A model generated the notes under the pieces. The model worked only from the letters and a program-made list of their open reading frames with translations. It was not told the origin of the DNA and made no database searches. From an uncultured bacterium (GTDB lineage: Bacteria > Latescibacterota > UBA2968 > UBA8231): a DNA stretch of 29,642 nucleotides. Position numbers and translations under genes: made by a program. Location: the NCBI GenBank assembly GCA_964005845.1, contig CAXFTV010000594.1:1-29642 (forward strand), in the 5' to 3' direction. Shown piece after piece: positions 17,404 to 27,041 of the stretch (within the stretch, counting starts at the first letter, position 1; each line of letters opens with the position of its first letter).

Positions 17404-18675
17404 GTGAAAAACTTTGTAGTCGGCGTCATTATCTTGCTCCTGGGAGTGCTGGGTCCGCAACAAAGTTTTGAATATGAGCCCGTGTGGACGCTGGGCCTGC
17501 TTTTACTGCTGGCCTTTTTAGCCCAGCAACTCGCCACCTTTATGGGCCTTTCCGCGCTCTTCGGCTGGATTGGCGCCGGCCTGATTCTCGGTCCCAGCCT
17601 TTTGCAGACCGTCCAGCCCGGCCAATTCATCTCTCTGCAACTGCTCCATACTCTAGCCGCTCTGTGGGTCGGTTTTCTGGTTGGAAGGGAGTTTTCCTGG
17701 CCGCCCTTAACCCCGCGATGGCGTTTATCCGGCTGCATCGCCCTGACCACCGTGGGCCTTTTTCTCGCCACAGCCATCGCCATCGGCTCCATGACCGAAC
17801 TCCCGGGCTGGCTGGCCTTGCTCTTCGCTGCCCTCGCTACTTTGTGGGGACCTTTTTCCACCTGGCAACAGCGGGACTATACCCACGTTATCACAGCTGC
17901 AATCCTGGGTAATGGCTTCAGTCTTATCGTGCTGAGCACGACGCTGGTTTTCCTGTCCTTGGAGGGGTTTTTACCCCTCCAAGCTCTGTATCTGACAGGC
18001 CGGATCTGGCTTTCGCTCCTGGCCGGCATCTGTGCCGCCGAGTTGCTGTGGCGCCTGAAAATTTTTGCGGCCCCAGTCCACACGCTGCTGCCAGTGGTCT
18101 TTGCCAGTTTCGCCCTCCTCACCTCCATGCTGTACTACCTGCACCTCTACGCCCTGCCCTGTGGCCTGGCAGCTGGACTCACCCTGGCCTGGCACAGGTG
18201 CGGGACCGCACCCCTAGAGCGCGTTCAGCAATTTATGCGCCCCATAGCATTCGCCACCTTTTTTGCCCTCGTGGGCGCCACCATCGACCTGCACATCTTG
18301 TGGCCAGTCCCCAACGAAATCTATCAGATTCTGGCGATCCAGATCCTCGCGGTCCTCTTTTTTCGGGCTCTGCTTCCTTCTATCTGGACTCCCTTTGGCG
18401 CCGCGGCCCTCAGCTCTCAAAAACATATTGGCTGGCTCCTCCTGCCCAAGGGCGCGCTACTCTTCGAGTTGATCTATCACCGGAACAGCCTGGTAGACCT
18501 GGTGCAAAACCACTGGGGGCAACTGCTGCACCAGGTATTTCTGACCGACATCCTGATACACCTTCTGGCCTTTTCTCTGCTGGCTGCCTTCATCTGGCGG
18601 CAGATCCAGTCCAATGCAGCGCAAAGTGGCACGGCCGCAGAGAAACCAGATACCAGTCCAGCACCAGCCCCTTGA
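17404..18675 (+). CDS. Polytopic membrane protein, divergent cation:proton antiporter (CPA2/Na_H_exchanger-like)
   Basis: About 12 hydrophobic segments; GWIGAGLILGP and GFLVGREF resemble the CPA N-terminal motifs, LLPKG the late motif; GGAG SD and GTG start. Confidence 0.65.
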   Translation: MKNFVVGVIILLLGVLGPQQSFEYEPVWTLGLLLLLAFLAQQLATFMGLSALFGWIGAGLILGPSLLQTVQPGQFISLQLLHTLAALWVGFLVGREFSWPPLTPRWRLSGCIALTTVGLFLATAIAIGSMTELPGWLALLFAALATLWGPFSTWQQRDYTHVITAAILGNGFSLIVLSTTLVFLSLEGFLPLQALYLTGRIWLSLLAGICAAELLWRLKIFAAPVHTLLPVVFASFALLTSMLYYLHLYALPCGLAAGLTLAWHRCGTAPLERVQQFMRPIAFATFFALVGATIDLHILWPVPNEIYQILAIQILAVLFFRALLPSIWTPFGAAALSSQKHIGWLLLPKGALLFELIYHRNSLVDLVQNHWGQLLHQVFLTDILIHLLAFSLLAAFIWRQIQSNAAQSGTAAEKPDTSPAPAP

Positions 18676-18777
18676 AATCTCAAACGCTCAGACGGTTTGG
18701 ACAGAGTATCCCCGACCTCATAAAATACTTCAGGTCCAGACCCGGCCCGAAGAGCCGCCGCTATCGCGAAGTTCCAA

Positions 18778-18806
18778 TTGTGCAGAAACCTGGTGCTGTT
18801 TATATT
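18778..18806 (+). promoter_or_regulatory. Putative sigma70 promoter of the yggS-ileS operon
   Basis: TTGTGC, 17 nt, TATATT, about 20 nt upstream of the yggS ATG; a 7-bp inverted repeat CAGAAAC/GTTTCTG (18783-18817) overlaps it. Confidence 0.5.
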
Positions 18807-18826
18807 TAAAGTTTCTGGGATTTTAT

Positions 18827-19519
18827 ATGGAAGCAATCTCGAAAAATTGGGAAAACCTCCAGGAACGCCTGGCACAGGCCGCCCAACGAGCAGACCGCGA
18901 CCCCCGGGAAATCACGGTAGTCGGCGTGACCAAAACCCGCACGCCCGCGGAGATCGAAGCGGCCCTTGCCAGTGGCATTAAAATTGTGGGCGAAAATAGA
19001 ATCCAGGAGGCCGAAGCGAAGAAGGGGCAGGTAAAAGCCACGGCCCAGTGGCACCTCATTGGCCATCTGCAGACGAACAAGGCCAAAAAAGCCGTCGAAC
19101 TTTTTGATCTGGTGCAGTCCGTGGATAGCCTTCGCATAGCCACAGCTCTGGACAAGCGGTCCGCACAGGCCGGACGCATTCTGGATATTCTGCTACAGGT
19201 CAACACCTCGGGGATCTCGCACCAGGCTGGCACCTCTCCGGAAGCGCTGGAGGAACTGGTGGGCCAAATAGCCGGACTTTCCCACCTGCGCATACGAGGT
19301 CTCATGACTATTGGCGCCCTGAGTACTGACGAGTCCCTGGTGCGCTCCTGCTTTGCCCGCTTGCGCCAATTGCGGGACCAAATCCTGGCCGCCTCCATGG
19401 ACGGGGTAGAAATGAAGTACCTCTCCATGGGCATGAGCGGCGATTTTGAGCTGGCCATAGCGGAAGGAGCCAACCTTTTGCGCCTCGGTACCACTCTTTT
19501 TGGCCCGCGTCCGAACTGA
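18827..19519 (+). CDS. yggS: YggS family PLP homeostasis protein
   Basis: VGVTKT, GENRIQE, WHLIGHLQTNK, LLQVNTS, GLMTIG and LSMGMSGDFELAIAEGANLLRLGT. Real start 18827. Confidence 0.97.
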   Translation: MEAISKNWENLQERLAQAAQRADRDPREITVVGVTKTRTPAEIEAALASGIKIVGENRIQEAEAKKGQVKATAQWHLIGHLQTNKAKKAVELFDLVQSVDSLRIATALDKRSAQAGRILDILLQVNTSGISHQAGTSPEALEELVGQIAGLSHLRIRGLMTIGALSTDESLVRSCFARLRQLRDQILAASMDGVEMKYLSMGMSGDFELAIAEGANLLRLGTTLFGPRPN

Positions 19520-19544
19520 CCTCTGAAGGGAGTACGGAATCACC

Positions 19545-19829
19545 GTGTTCGATACTGGCAATTTTCTCGGCGGAGTAATCAAGATCATCAGTTCCCTGGT
19601 TAGTGTCTACATGTGGGTGATCATAATCAGGGTGTTGATTTCCTGGATAAACCCCGATCCCTACAACCCGATCGTCCAGTTTCTCCGCAGTGTGACCGAT
19701 CCAGCCATCGAAGGTCTGCGGCGCATGTTGCCCAGATTCCTGTGGTCCAGCGGACTGGACTTTACCCCCCTGGTACTGATTTTGTTGCTCCAAATTGCCT
19801 TGGCTGCCTTGGACAGTTTCCAATTCTGA
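19545..19829 (+). CDS. yggT: YggT/YlmG family membrane protein
   Basis: IIIRVLISWINPDPYNPIVQFL..VTDP and LDFTPLVLIL. Confidence 0.95.
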   Translation: MFDTGNFLGGVIKIISSLVSVYMWVIIIRVLISWINPDPYNPIVQFLRSVTDPAIEGLRRMLPRFLWSSGLDFTPLVLILLLQIALAALDSFQF

Positions 19830-19839
19830 GATCCATCCT

Positions 19840-22800
19840 ATGGAGACCAAAGACACAGCGCCCCGCAAGCATTTTGGCGAAGTTGCGTCCCAGACCAGCT
19901 TTCCCCAGCAGGAAGAAGAAATTCTGAAATTCTGGGAGCAAGGCGACCTGTTCAAAAAATCGGTGCGCAATCGTCCTGCATCCAGATCCTTCATCTTCTA
20001 CGATGGCCCCCCCTTTGCCAGCGGTCTGCCGCACTATGGCCATTTGCTAGCTTCGATTATCAAGGATGTAGTACCGCGTTACTGGACCATGCGCGGCTAC
20101 CGGGTAGAGCGCCGCTTCGGCTGGGACTGCCATGGCCTGCCAGTCGAAAATGAGGCCGAACAACAACTGGGCCTGGGCGCCCGACGCGATATCCTCGAAT
20201 ATGGGATCGACCGCTTCAACGATTCGTGCCGCGACCTGGTATTGCGCTTTACCTCCGAATGGCAACAGTTTATCCAGCGCGTCGGCCGCTGGGTCGACTG
20301 GTCAAATCAGTATCGCACCATGGATCCCGAATTCATGGAATCGGTCTGGTGGGTTTTTAAATCCCTGTGGGACAAAGGCCTGATCTATGAAGGCTACAAG
20401 TCTCTGGCCTACTGCCCGCGCTGTGCCACGCCCCTATCCAACTTCGAAGTCAACCAGGGCTACCAGGAAGTCCAGGATCCCTCCATCACCGTGCGCTTCA
20501 AGGTTCGCGGCGAAGAAAACACCTCGATCCTGGCCTGGACCACTACTCCATGGACCCTACCCTCGAATATGGCCCTGGCGGTGGGCCGCGACATCCCCTA
20601 CGCACGAGTGACCCTTAAGAGCGGCGAAAAACTCATCGTTGCCCGCCCGCTCTGCGAGAAAATCTTCAGCAGACACCAGGACGATATCGCCCAGATCGAA
20701 GAGCAGGCCGTCGAAGCACTTTTGCAAATGCACTACGAACCGCTATTCGACTACTTTGCGGCAATGGGCGATGAGGGTGCCTTCCGCGTCGTCGCCGCGG
20801 ATTTCGTCTCCACCGAAGACGGCACCGGGGTCGTCCACATCGCCCCTGGTTTTGGCGAAGACGATTACCAGTTGGGTCAGCGGGAAGGCATCCCGGTGGT
20901 GTGCCCGATCGACGAGGATTGCTCTTTCACCTCCGAAGTAGCCGACTACCAGGGGCAATTCGTCAAAGACCTGGATACTACTATCATCCGGCGACTGCGC
21001 CACAGCGGCCAGCTCTTTGCCGAAGGTTCGCTGGTGCACAGCTACCCCTTTTGCTGGCGCTGCGAAGCCCCGCTCATCTACCGGGCCATCTCGACCTGGT
21101 TCGTCGATATCGAACAAGTGAAGGAAAAGATGGTAGCCGCCAATCAGCAGGTCTGGTGGGTCCCCGAGCACATCAAGGACGGCCGCTTTGGCAAGTGGCT
21201 CGAAGGCGCCCGGGACTGGGCCATCAGTCGCAACCGCTACTGGGGTACCCCGCTGCCTATCTGGCGCAATGAGGAAACTGGCGAGATCCTGTGTTTGGGC
21301 AGCCGGGCCGAATTGGAACGTCATTGCAACCACGCGGTCGAAGATCTGCACAAACACATAATCGACCCTATTGAAATTCCAGCGGCAGATGGAAAGGGGG
21401 TTTTTAAACGCATCCCCGAGGTGCTGGACTGCTGGTTTGAATCGGGGTCTATGCCCTATGCTCAGAACCACTATCCTTTTGAAAACAAAGCATTCTTCGA
21501 GGACAACTTTCCGGCAGATTTTATCTCTGAAGGCCTAGACCAGACGCGCGGCTGGTTCTATACTCTCACCGTTTTGGGCGCTGCACTCTTCGAAAAACCG
21601 GCCTTCAAAAACTGCATCGTCTCCGGTATGCTGCTGGCCGCAGACGGGCGCAAGATGAGCAAGAGGCTCAAAAATTACCCCGAGCCTAGCGAAATGCTCG
21701 ACCAGTACGGAGCCGATGCTCTGCGCCTCTATCTGCTCAACTCAGCCGCCCTCAAAGCCGAGGAAATGCGCATGACCGAGGACGGCATCAAAGAGAGTCT
21801 GCGTTCGGTTATCATCCCTTTGTGGAATGCCTACAGTTTTTTTGTGACCTATGCCAATATCGACAACTGGTCCCCGGATCAGGTGCAAAAAACCGCCACC
21901 GCCCATCGACTGGACCGCTGGATCCTCTCTGAACTACAGACTTTGATCCACAATATCAACACCGAAATGGAAGCCTATAGGCTCTACCGCACGGTGCCGG
22001 CAATGGTCGAATTCGTCGAGAAGCTGACCAACTGGTACATCCGCCGCAGCCGGCGACGCTTCTGGAAATCCGAAGATGATGCCGACAAGGCTGCCGCCTA
22101 CGCCACCCTCTACCAGGTCCTGGTCCAGTTCGTCAAAAGCCTGGCTCCGGTTCTGCCCTTCATCACTGAAAGCATCTACCAGAATCTGGTGTGCACCTTT
22201 GATCCCCAGGCCCCGGAAAGCGTGCACCTGTGCGACATGCCCCAGGCCGACGAAGCCCTGCGCGATCTCGAACTCGAGGCCCAGATGGCACTGGCCACCC
22301 GCGCCGTCGTACTCGGGCGCTCACTGCGCAGCAAGCACAATCTCAAGATCCGCCAGCCGTTGCAGCGCCTCCTGCTCTTGCCGCCCGATGAACGCAGCGG
22401 CAAAGAGCTGGAGGATATGACCGATTTGATCGCCGATGAACTGAATATCAAAAACGTGGTCCTGGTCGAGGACGAAACGTCTATCAGCACCGTTTTGTAC
22501 AAGGCCAATTTCCGCGTTCTGGGCCCCCGTTTCGGCAAGCGCATGAAAGAAGTCGCCAGCCGCATCCAGCAGCTGACCCCCGCAGATCTAAAGATCCTTA
22601 ATGCAGGCGAAAAAATCGCCGTTGCCGAGGGCGAGATAGGCCTGAGCGATATCGAAGTCCAGCGCCAGGAGAAAGAAGATGTGGTCGTAGCTGTAGACAA
22701 CAACCTCTGCGTTGGCCTGGATACCCACCTGGACGAAAATCTGGTTATGGAAGGTCGCGCCCGCGAATTTGTCAACCGGGTGCAGAACATGCGCAAGGAA

Positions 22801-23040
22801 GCTGGTTTCGATGTGGCCGATCGGATTTACCTTTGGACCCAGGGCAGTACCGCGTTTGAAAAGGCCATCCAGACCCATAAAAACTACATCGCCGCTGAAA
22901 CGCTAGCCCTGGACCTGCAAATTGGCTCACTGCCCCCGGATCCTCTCCTGTGCCAGGAGTGGCAGGTGGATGACGAAGCCTGCACTACCGGTCTGAAAAA
23001 AGTAGAGAGTGGTTCAAAATACCCGAATCAGTCCGCCTGA
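19840..23040 (+). CDS. ileS: Isoleucine-tRNA ligase, type 2 (archaeal/eukaryote-like)
   Basis: YDGPPFASGLPHYGH, GWDCHGLP, WTTTPWTLPSN, DWAISRNRYWGTP, EGLDQTRGWF and KMSKRLKN; long type-2 C-terminus. Start ATG 19840. Confidence 0.98.
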   Translation: METKDTAPRKHFGEVASQTSFPQQEEEILKFWEQGDLFKKSVRNRPASRSFIFYDGPPFASGLPHYGHLLASIIKDVVPRYWTMRGYRVERRFGWDCHGLPVENEAEQQLGLGARRDILEYGIDRFNDSCRDLVLRFTSEWQQFIQRVGRWVDWSNQYRTMDPEFMESVWWVFKSLWDKGLIYEGYKSLAYCPRCATPLSNFEVNQGYQEVQDPSITVRFKVRGEENTSILAWTTTPWTLPSNMALAVGRDIPYARVTLKSGEKLIVARPLCEKIFSRHQDDIAQIEEQAVEALLQMHYEPLFDYFAAMGDEGAFRVVAADFVSTEDGTGVVHIAPGFGEDDYQLGQREGIPVVCPIDEDCSFTSEVADYQGQFVKDLDTTIIRRLRHSGQLFAEGSLVHSYPFCWRCEAPLIYRAISTWFVDIEQVKEKMVAANQQVWWVPEHIKDGRFGKWLEGARDWAISRNRYWGTPLPIWRNEETGEILCLGSRAELERHCNHAVEDLHKHIIDPIEIPAADGKGVFKRIPEVLDCWFESGSMPYAQNHYPFENKAFFEDNFPADFISEGLDQTRGWFYTLTVLGAALFEKPAFKNCIVSGMLLAADGRKMSKRLKNYPEPSEMLDQYGADALRLYLLNSAALKAEEMRMTEDGIKESLRSVIIPLWNAYSFFVTYANIDNWSPDQVQKTATAHRLDRWILSELQTLIHNINTEMEAYRLYRTVPAMVEFVEKLTNWYIRRSRRRFWKSEDDADKAAAYATLYQVLVQFVKSLAPVLPFITESIYQNLVCTFDPQAPESVHLCDMPQADEALRDLELEAQMALATRAVVLGRSLRSKHNLKIRQPLQRLLLLPPDERSGKELEDMTDLIADELNIKNVVLVEDETSISTVLYKANFRVLGPRFGKRMKEVASRIQQLTPADLKILNAGEKIAVAEGEIGLSDIEVQRQEKEDVVVAVDNNLCVGLDTHLDENLVMEGRAREFVNRVQNMRKEAGFDVADRIYLWTQGSTAFEKAIQTHKNYIAAETLALDLQIGSLPPDPLLCQEWQVDDEACTTGLKKVESGSKYPNQSA

Positions 23041-23110
23041 ACTTTTGCGACGGCCTCCTCATGAAAATGTTCTCAAATGAGGCAATACGGAGTAATTGGA
23101 GACCATCAAA

Positions 23111-23488
23111 ATGACTGAGAAAGATCTAAATTTTTTCAAAAAACTATTGCTGGCAAAGCGCGCCGAGGCCAAGAGCACGCTGGCAGAATTCGACCGCATG
23201 GCACGCACCGAAGCCGCCCAGGAAGCATCTGAAGACCGCTCTGCCTACTCTCTGCACATGGCCGACCGGGGAACCGATGCTATGGAACGAGAAAAATCCC
23301 AGCTCTTTGCACAGCGCAGCGGCGCTTACGCAGAATATGTCGAAGAAGCTCTGGACCGCATCAAAGATGGCACCTTTGGCGCCTGCCGCATCTGCGGCCT
23401 GGAGATCAGCCGGGCGCGCCTGGAGGCCGTACCCACTGCCACGCAGTGCATAACCTGCAAGGAAAAAGGAGAAACCAAGTCCTCGTGA
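23111..23488 (+). CDS. dksA: TraR/DksA family C4 zinc-finger regulator
   Basis: HMADRGTDAMERE coiled-coil tip, CRICG...RLEAVP...CITC; GGAG 9 nt before ATG 23111. Confidence 0.9.
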   Translation: MTEKDLNFFKKLLLAKRAEAKSTLAEFDRMARTEAAQEASEDRSAYSLHMADRGTDAMEREKSQLFAQRSGAYAEYVEEALDRIKDGTFGACRICGLEISRARLEAVPTATQCITCKEKGETKSS

Positions 23489-23985
23489 GAGTGCTCTGGC
23501 TGCTACCCATAACCCTGGTCATTGACCAGGCTTCTAAATACCTGATCACCAGCACTATGAGCCTGTACGATTCGGAACCCGTACTCGGCAATTTTTTCAG
23601 ACTTACCTATATCCACAACCCAGGTGCGGCCTTTGGCCTCAACATCGGCAGCCCCATGGTCCACACCATCGTCTCAATTATTGCCCTCGCGATCCTGGTT
23701 TATCTGTTCTGGACTATGCCGCGGGAGAATCGGCTCCTCCGCTTTGCCCTGACTCTGGTACTGGGTGGTGCACTGGGCAATATCATCGATCGCTTGCACC
23801 TGGGTGCAGTCATCGATTTTTTCGACTTTGGCATCGGCGACCTGCGCTGGCCGATTTTTAATTTCGCCGACAGCTTTGTCACCGTGGGGGTCTTTCTCCT
23901 GGCCCTGGGATACACCCGGCAGAAGGAGAATAAACCGGCTGACCAGGAAATCCATTCGCAAAGCGATCAGCCCCTCGAAAACTGA
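23485..23985 (+). CDS. lspA: Lipoprotein signal peptidase II
   Basis: DQASK, NPGAAFG, GGALGNIIDR and IFNFAD; GTGA overlap with the dksA stop. Confidence 0.97.
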   Translation: MRVLWLLPITLVIDQASKYLITSTMSLYDSEPVLGNFFRLTYIHNPGAAFGLNIGSPMVHTIVSIIALAILVYLFWTMPRENRLLRFALTLVLGGALGNIIDRLHLGAVIDFFDFGIGDLRWPIFNFADSFVTVGVFLLALGYTRQKENKPADQEIHSQSDQPLEN

Positions 23986-24005
23986 GATCCGGGAGTTCTG
24001 CCCCC

Positions 24006-24956
24006 ATGCAGATCCAGGTCCAGCAAGGCATCTCTCAGCGACTCGATCTTTTCCTGCGCCAGCGCCATCCCGAATGGTCGCGCAATCACATCCAGAATTT
24101 GATCAAAAAGGGGGCAGTTCTACTCAACGGCCAGAGCATCCGCGCCAGCTACGTCGTCCGCCCCGGAGATCGGATCGTCGTGGACCTGCCCACCCCCGAA
24201 CCAGTGGCTATAAGGCCCCAGGACATTCCTCTCGACATCCTCTTCGAAGACGGGGATTTAGTGGTGGTGAACAAAGGGGCCGGAATGACGGTACACCCGG
24301 CTCCCGGCTCCTGGCAGGACACTCTGGTAAATGCCTTACTGTTTCACTGCCGCGACCTCTCCGGAATAAACGGCGAACTGAGACCAGGTATCGTGCACCG
24401 CCTGGACAAAGACACCACCGGTCTGCTGGTGGCGGCAAAAAACGACACTGCCCACCGCAATCTGGCCAGCCAGCTCGAAAGGCGCTGCATCGAACGCCGC
24501 TACAGCGCCCTGGTATGGGGCCGGGTAAAGGCTGCAGAGGATCGCATCGACGCCCCCATTGGGCGCCATCCGCGCGACCGCAAAATCATGGCCGTGGTCG
24601 AAAATGGTCGCAGCGCAGCTACTCGCTTTGCGACCGCTGAACACTTTTGCTTCCTGAGTCTGCTGGATCTGCAGTTGGAGAGCGGTCGCACCCACCAAAT
24701 CCGCGTCCACCTGCAGCATTACGGCCATCCCGTCTTTGGCGACCCGGCCTACGGCGGACGCAACCGCACCCCCGGCATTCGCCCGGAATACCGCCGACGC
24801 GCCAACTACCTGCTGACCCTGATCCAGCGCCAGGCCCTTCACGCCCGCCAGTTGCGCTTTAGCCATCCTACCAGCGGCGCCCACATGGAGTTCGAGGCCG
24901 CTCTGCCAGACGATATCACTGCCCTCATCGAAGCCGCGCGTCAGTCCGAAGGCTAG
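24006..24956 (+). CDS. rluD: RluA family 23S rRNA pseudouridine synthase with S4 domain
   Basis: RLDLFL S4 domain, VNKGAGMTVHP, GIVHRLDKDTTG (catalytic Asp), GRTHQIRVH, GDPAY and QALHA. Confidence 0.96.
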   Translation: MQIQVQQGISQRLDLFLRQRHPEWSRNHIQNLIKKGAVLLNGQSIRASYVVRPGDRIVVDLPTPEPVAIRPQDIPLDILFEDGDLVVVNKGAGMTVHPAPGSWQDTLVNALLFHCRDLSGINGELRPGIVHRLDKDTTGLLVAAKNDTAHRNLASQLERRCIERRYSALVWGRVKAAEDRIDAPIGRHPRDRKIMAVVENGRSAATRFATAEHFCFLSLLDLQLESGRTHQIRVHLQHYGHPVFGDPAYGGRNRTPGIRPEYRRRANYLLTLIQRQALHARQLRFSHPTSGAHMEFEAALPDDITALIEAARQSEG

Positions 24957-25034
24957 TAGTTGGGAAGAGAATTATCCGGCTTCGCGCGAACCATCCAGTT
25001 CCAGCTGCCCCGGCGCGACCTGCCCGACACGGTT

Positions 25035-26096
25035 CTACTCATTGCCCCAGGGGAAGGACTGCAGATACAAACCTCGCTCAACGGCGGGCAAATCGATCCT
25101 GGCCCCCCGCTGCTGTGACGAAAGGTGGATGGCAAAGCCGATCTCCGTCGCCCGCCGCGCCTGCTCCACGTCACAGGACGTGCGTCTGCCCGTCTGCACC
25201 GCCTCTACCAGATCTCTCACCATGGCGGCACCAGCCGGCCAACCCCCTTTCCCCGCAGCTATTTCCAGGGGCTGCATGCGACCTGCACCAGGGGGGCCTT
25301 CTTCCAGCCAGATAAAATTTTCCCTAGCGTCGTCAAAAAGGAACAACCGCCCTTTTTCACCGCTGATCTCAAAATTCATGTTGGCCCCCTGGTGCGCCCC
25401 ATCCGGAGTTAAATAGAGCACCAGGCCGTCTGCCAGTCCAATCTGCCCCCGTCCAGACGGGTCCAGACGCCGCCGCGAATCCGCCCTCTCACCCGCCACA
25501 TCGTCCACCAGGCCGCTGACCCACACCGGCTCCAGATCTCCCGCCAGCGCCAGCATTGCATCGTACCAGTGACAACCGTGGTTGATCAGATTGGGCAACC
25601 CATATGCCACCATGCTGGTGAGCGGTCCTATCGCCCCCGCAGCGATCAACTGGCAAACTTCCCTATAACCCTCCAGCCAACGCCTGTCCAGGGCAAAAAG
25701 CAAAGGCACCTCCTGGCACGCGGCCCCGATTCTATCGGCCTCTTCCAAACTTGTGGCCAGGGGTTTATCGCACAGTATGCCCCGCACTCCGGCTTGCACC
25801 GCCTGCTCAATCTGATCGGCGTGTTGGGTCTGACGCGTGGCAATACATACCAGGTCCGGCGCCTCGCGTTCCAGCATCTGCTCGTAGTCGTCGTAGGCGG
25901 AAATAGGTCCCCAGACCTCCTCCCAGCACCCCCTAAATTGGGCCCGTGTATCCGCCCCGCGGTCGAAGACGGCGACAACCTGAATCTGCGGCACAGCATT
26001 GAATGCCGCGGCAAAATTGTGACTCCCGGGATCGGGCTTCAGCATGCGATGGCAGCCGGCAATCGCAACGCGCAATCTTTCGGGTTTGCGCTCCAT
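25035..26096 (-). CDS. Gfo/Idh/MocA family oxidoreductase
   Basis: N-terminal Rossmann RVAIAG, YDDYEQML, DLVCIAT..HAD, CDKPLA and HGCHWYD; AAGGAGG SD. Confidence 0.93.
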   Translation of the reverse strand: MERKPERLRVAIAGCHRMLKPDPGSHNFAAAFNAVPQIQVVAVFDRGADTRAQFRGCWEEVWGPISAYDDYEQMLEREAPDLVCIATRQTQHADQIEQAVQAGVRGILCDKPLATSLEEADRIGAACQEVPLLFALDRRWLEGYREVCQLIAAGAIGPLTSMVAYGLPNLINHGCHWYDAMLALAGDLEPVWVSGLVDDVAGERADSRRRLDPSGRGQIGLADGLVLYLTPDGAHQGANMNFEISGEKGRLFLFDDARENFIWLEEGPPGAGRMQPLEIAAGKGGWPAGAAMVRDLVEAVQTGRRTSCDVEQARRATEIGFAIHLSSQQRGARIDLPAVERGLYLQSFPWGNE

Positions 26097-26118
26097 TTTT
26101 CCTCCTTGAAAATTATTT

Positions 26119-26853
26119 TTATTGGTAGATCTGGGTCGTCGGTTTGATGATCAACTCCGGTACGCATGCCCTGGGTGGCAGGCCGGCGACAAAGAGCGCT
26201 GCGGCGGCCAGGTCCTCGGGCTGCAGAATGCGCGCCCGGTGTTCAGCACCCACCGGATCTGGCCGCAATTCCAGTATCGGAGTCTCGACTTCGCCCGGAC
26301 AAATGGCGCAAGCCCGGATCCCGTAATCTACTTCCTCTTCGTTGATAATGTGGTTAAGGGCTACCATGCCGTGCTTTGAAGCCGAATAAGCCGCTCCTCC
26401 GAGCTTGCCGGCGCGCACCCCGGCAATTGAGGATATATTGATGATCATGCCGTCTTTTTTTTTCCGCATTGCGGGCAGAACTGCGCGGACGAAATTGAAT
26501 GCCCCGGTCAGATTGACAGCTATGGTGCGGTCCCAATCCCGGGGATCGACCTCGGCGAGCGCTCGCGGATTGCTGTTGGTTCCCGCATTATTGACCAGAA
26601 TATCGGTCGTGCCGAAACGCTCTTCTACCTGGGCTACTATCGCGTCGACGGACTCGCGCTCGGAGACATCACAGGGAAGGCACATGACGCGCTCTCCAGG
26701 CAGGCCGCTGGCGGCCTCTTCCAACTTGTCCAGACGCCGGCCCACGAACGCCACCCGCCCACCCCGCTCGACAAAACCAGCGGCGATGGCTCGACCAATC
26801 CCGGTCCCCGCTCCGGTCACGACGACGACCTTGCCCGCAAATTTTTCCATCAA
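26119..26853 (-). CDS. SDR family oxidoreductase, probably NADP(H)-dependent
   Basis: TGAGTGIG, GRR basic motif, NNAG, NISS, YSASK and ICPGEVET. Confidence 0.95.
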   Translation of the reverse strand: MMEKFAGKVVVVTGAGTGIGRAIAAGFVERGGRVAFVGRRLDKLEEAASGLPGERVMCLPCDVSERESVDAIVAQVEERFGTTDILVNNAGTNSNPRALAEVDPRDWDRTIAVNLTGAFNFVRAVLPAMRKKKDGMIINISSIAGVRAGKLGGAAYSASKHGMVALNHIINEEEVDYGIRACAICPGEVETPILELRPDPVGAEHRARILQPEDLAAAALFVAGLPPRACVPELIIKPTTQIYQ

Positions 26854-27041
26854 ACCCTCCCTCTAAGTTTCTGCCCGCCGACTTCTATGAGCGGACCAAT
26901 ATCCTGGTATCCCCGTGGGAAAAGTAGAAAAGTACAAAGCGGAATAGCTGCCTGTACCAAGGGACCACCTCCCTCCTGGACAGGCTGTTTATTATATTAC
27001 CACACCAAACCGGCATCATCAAGGCCGTCCCAGCCTCCATA

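Noticed and set aside
18614-18826. N-terminal extension of yggS (and likewise 19795-19839 for ileS and 23446-23484 for lspA)
   Set aside because: They overlap upstream genes or promoters; family homology starts at the downstream start codons.
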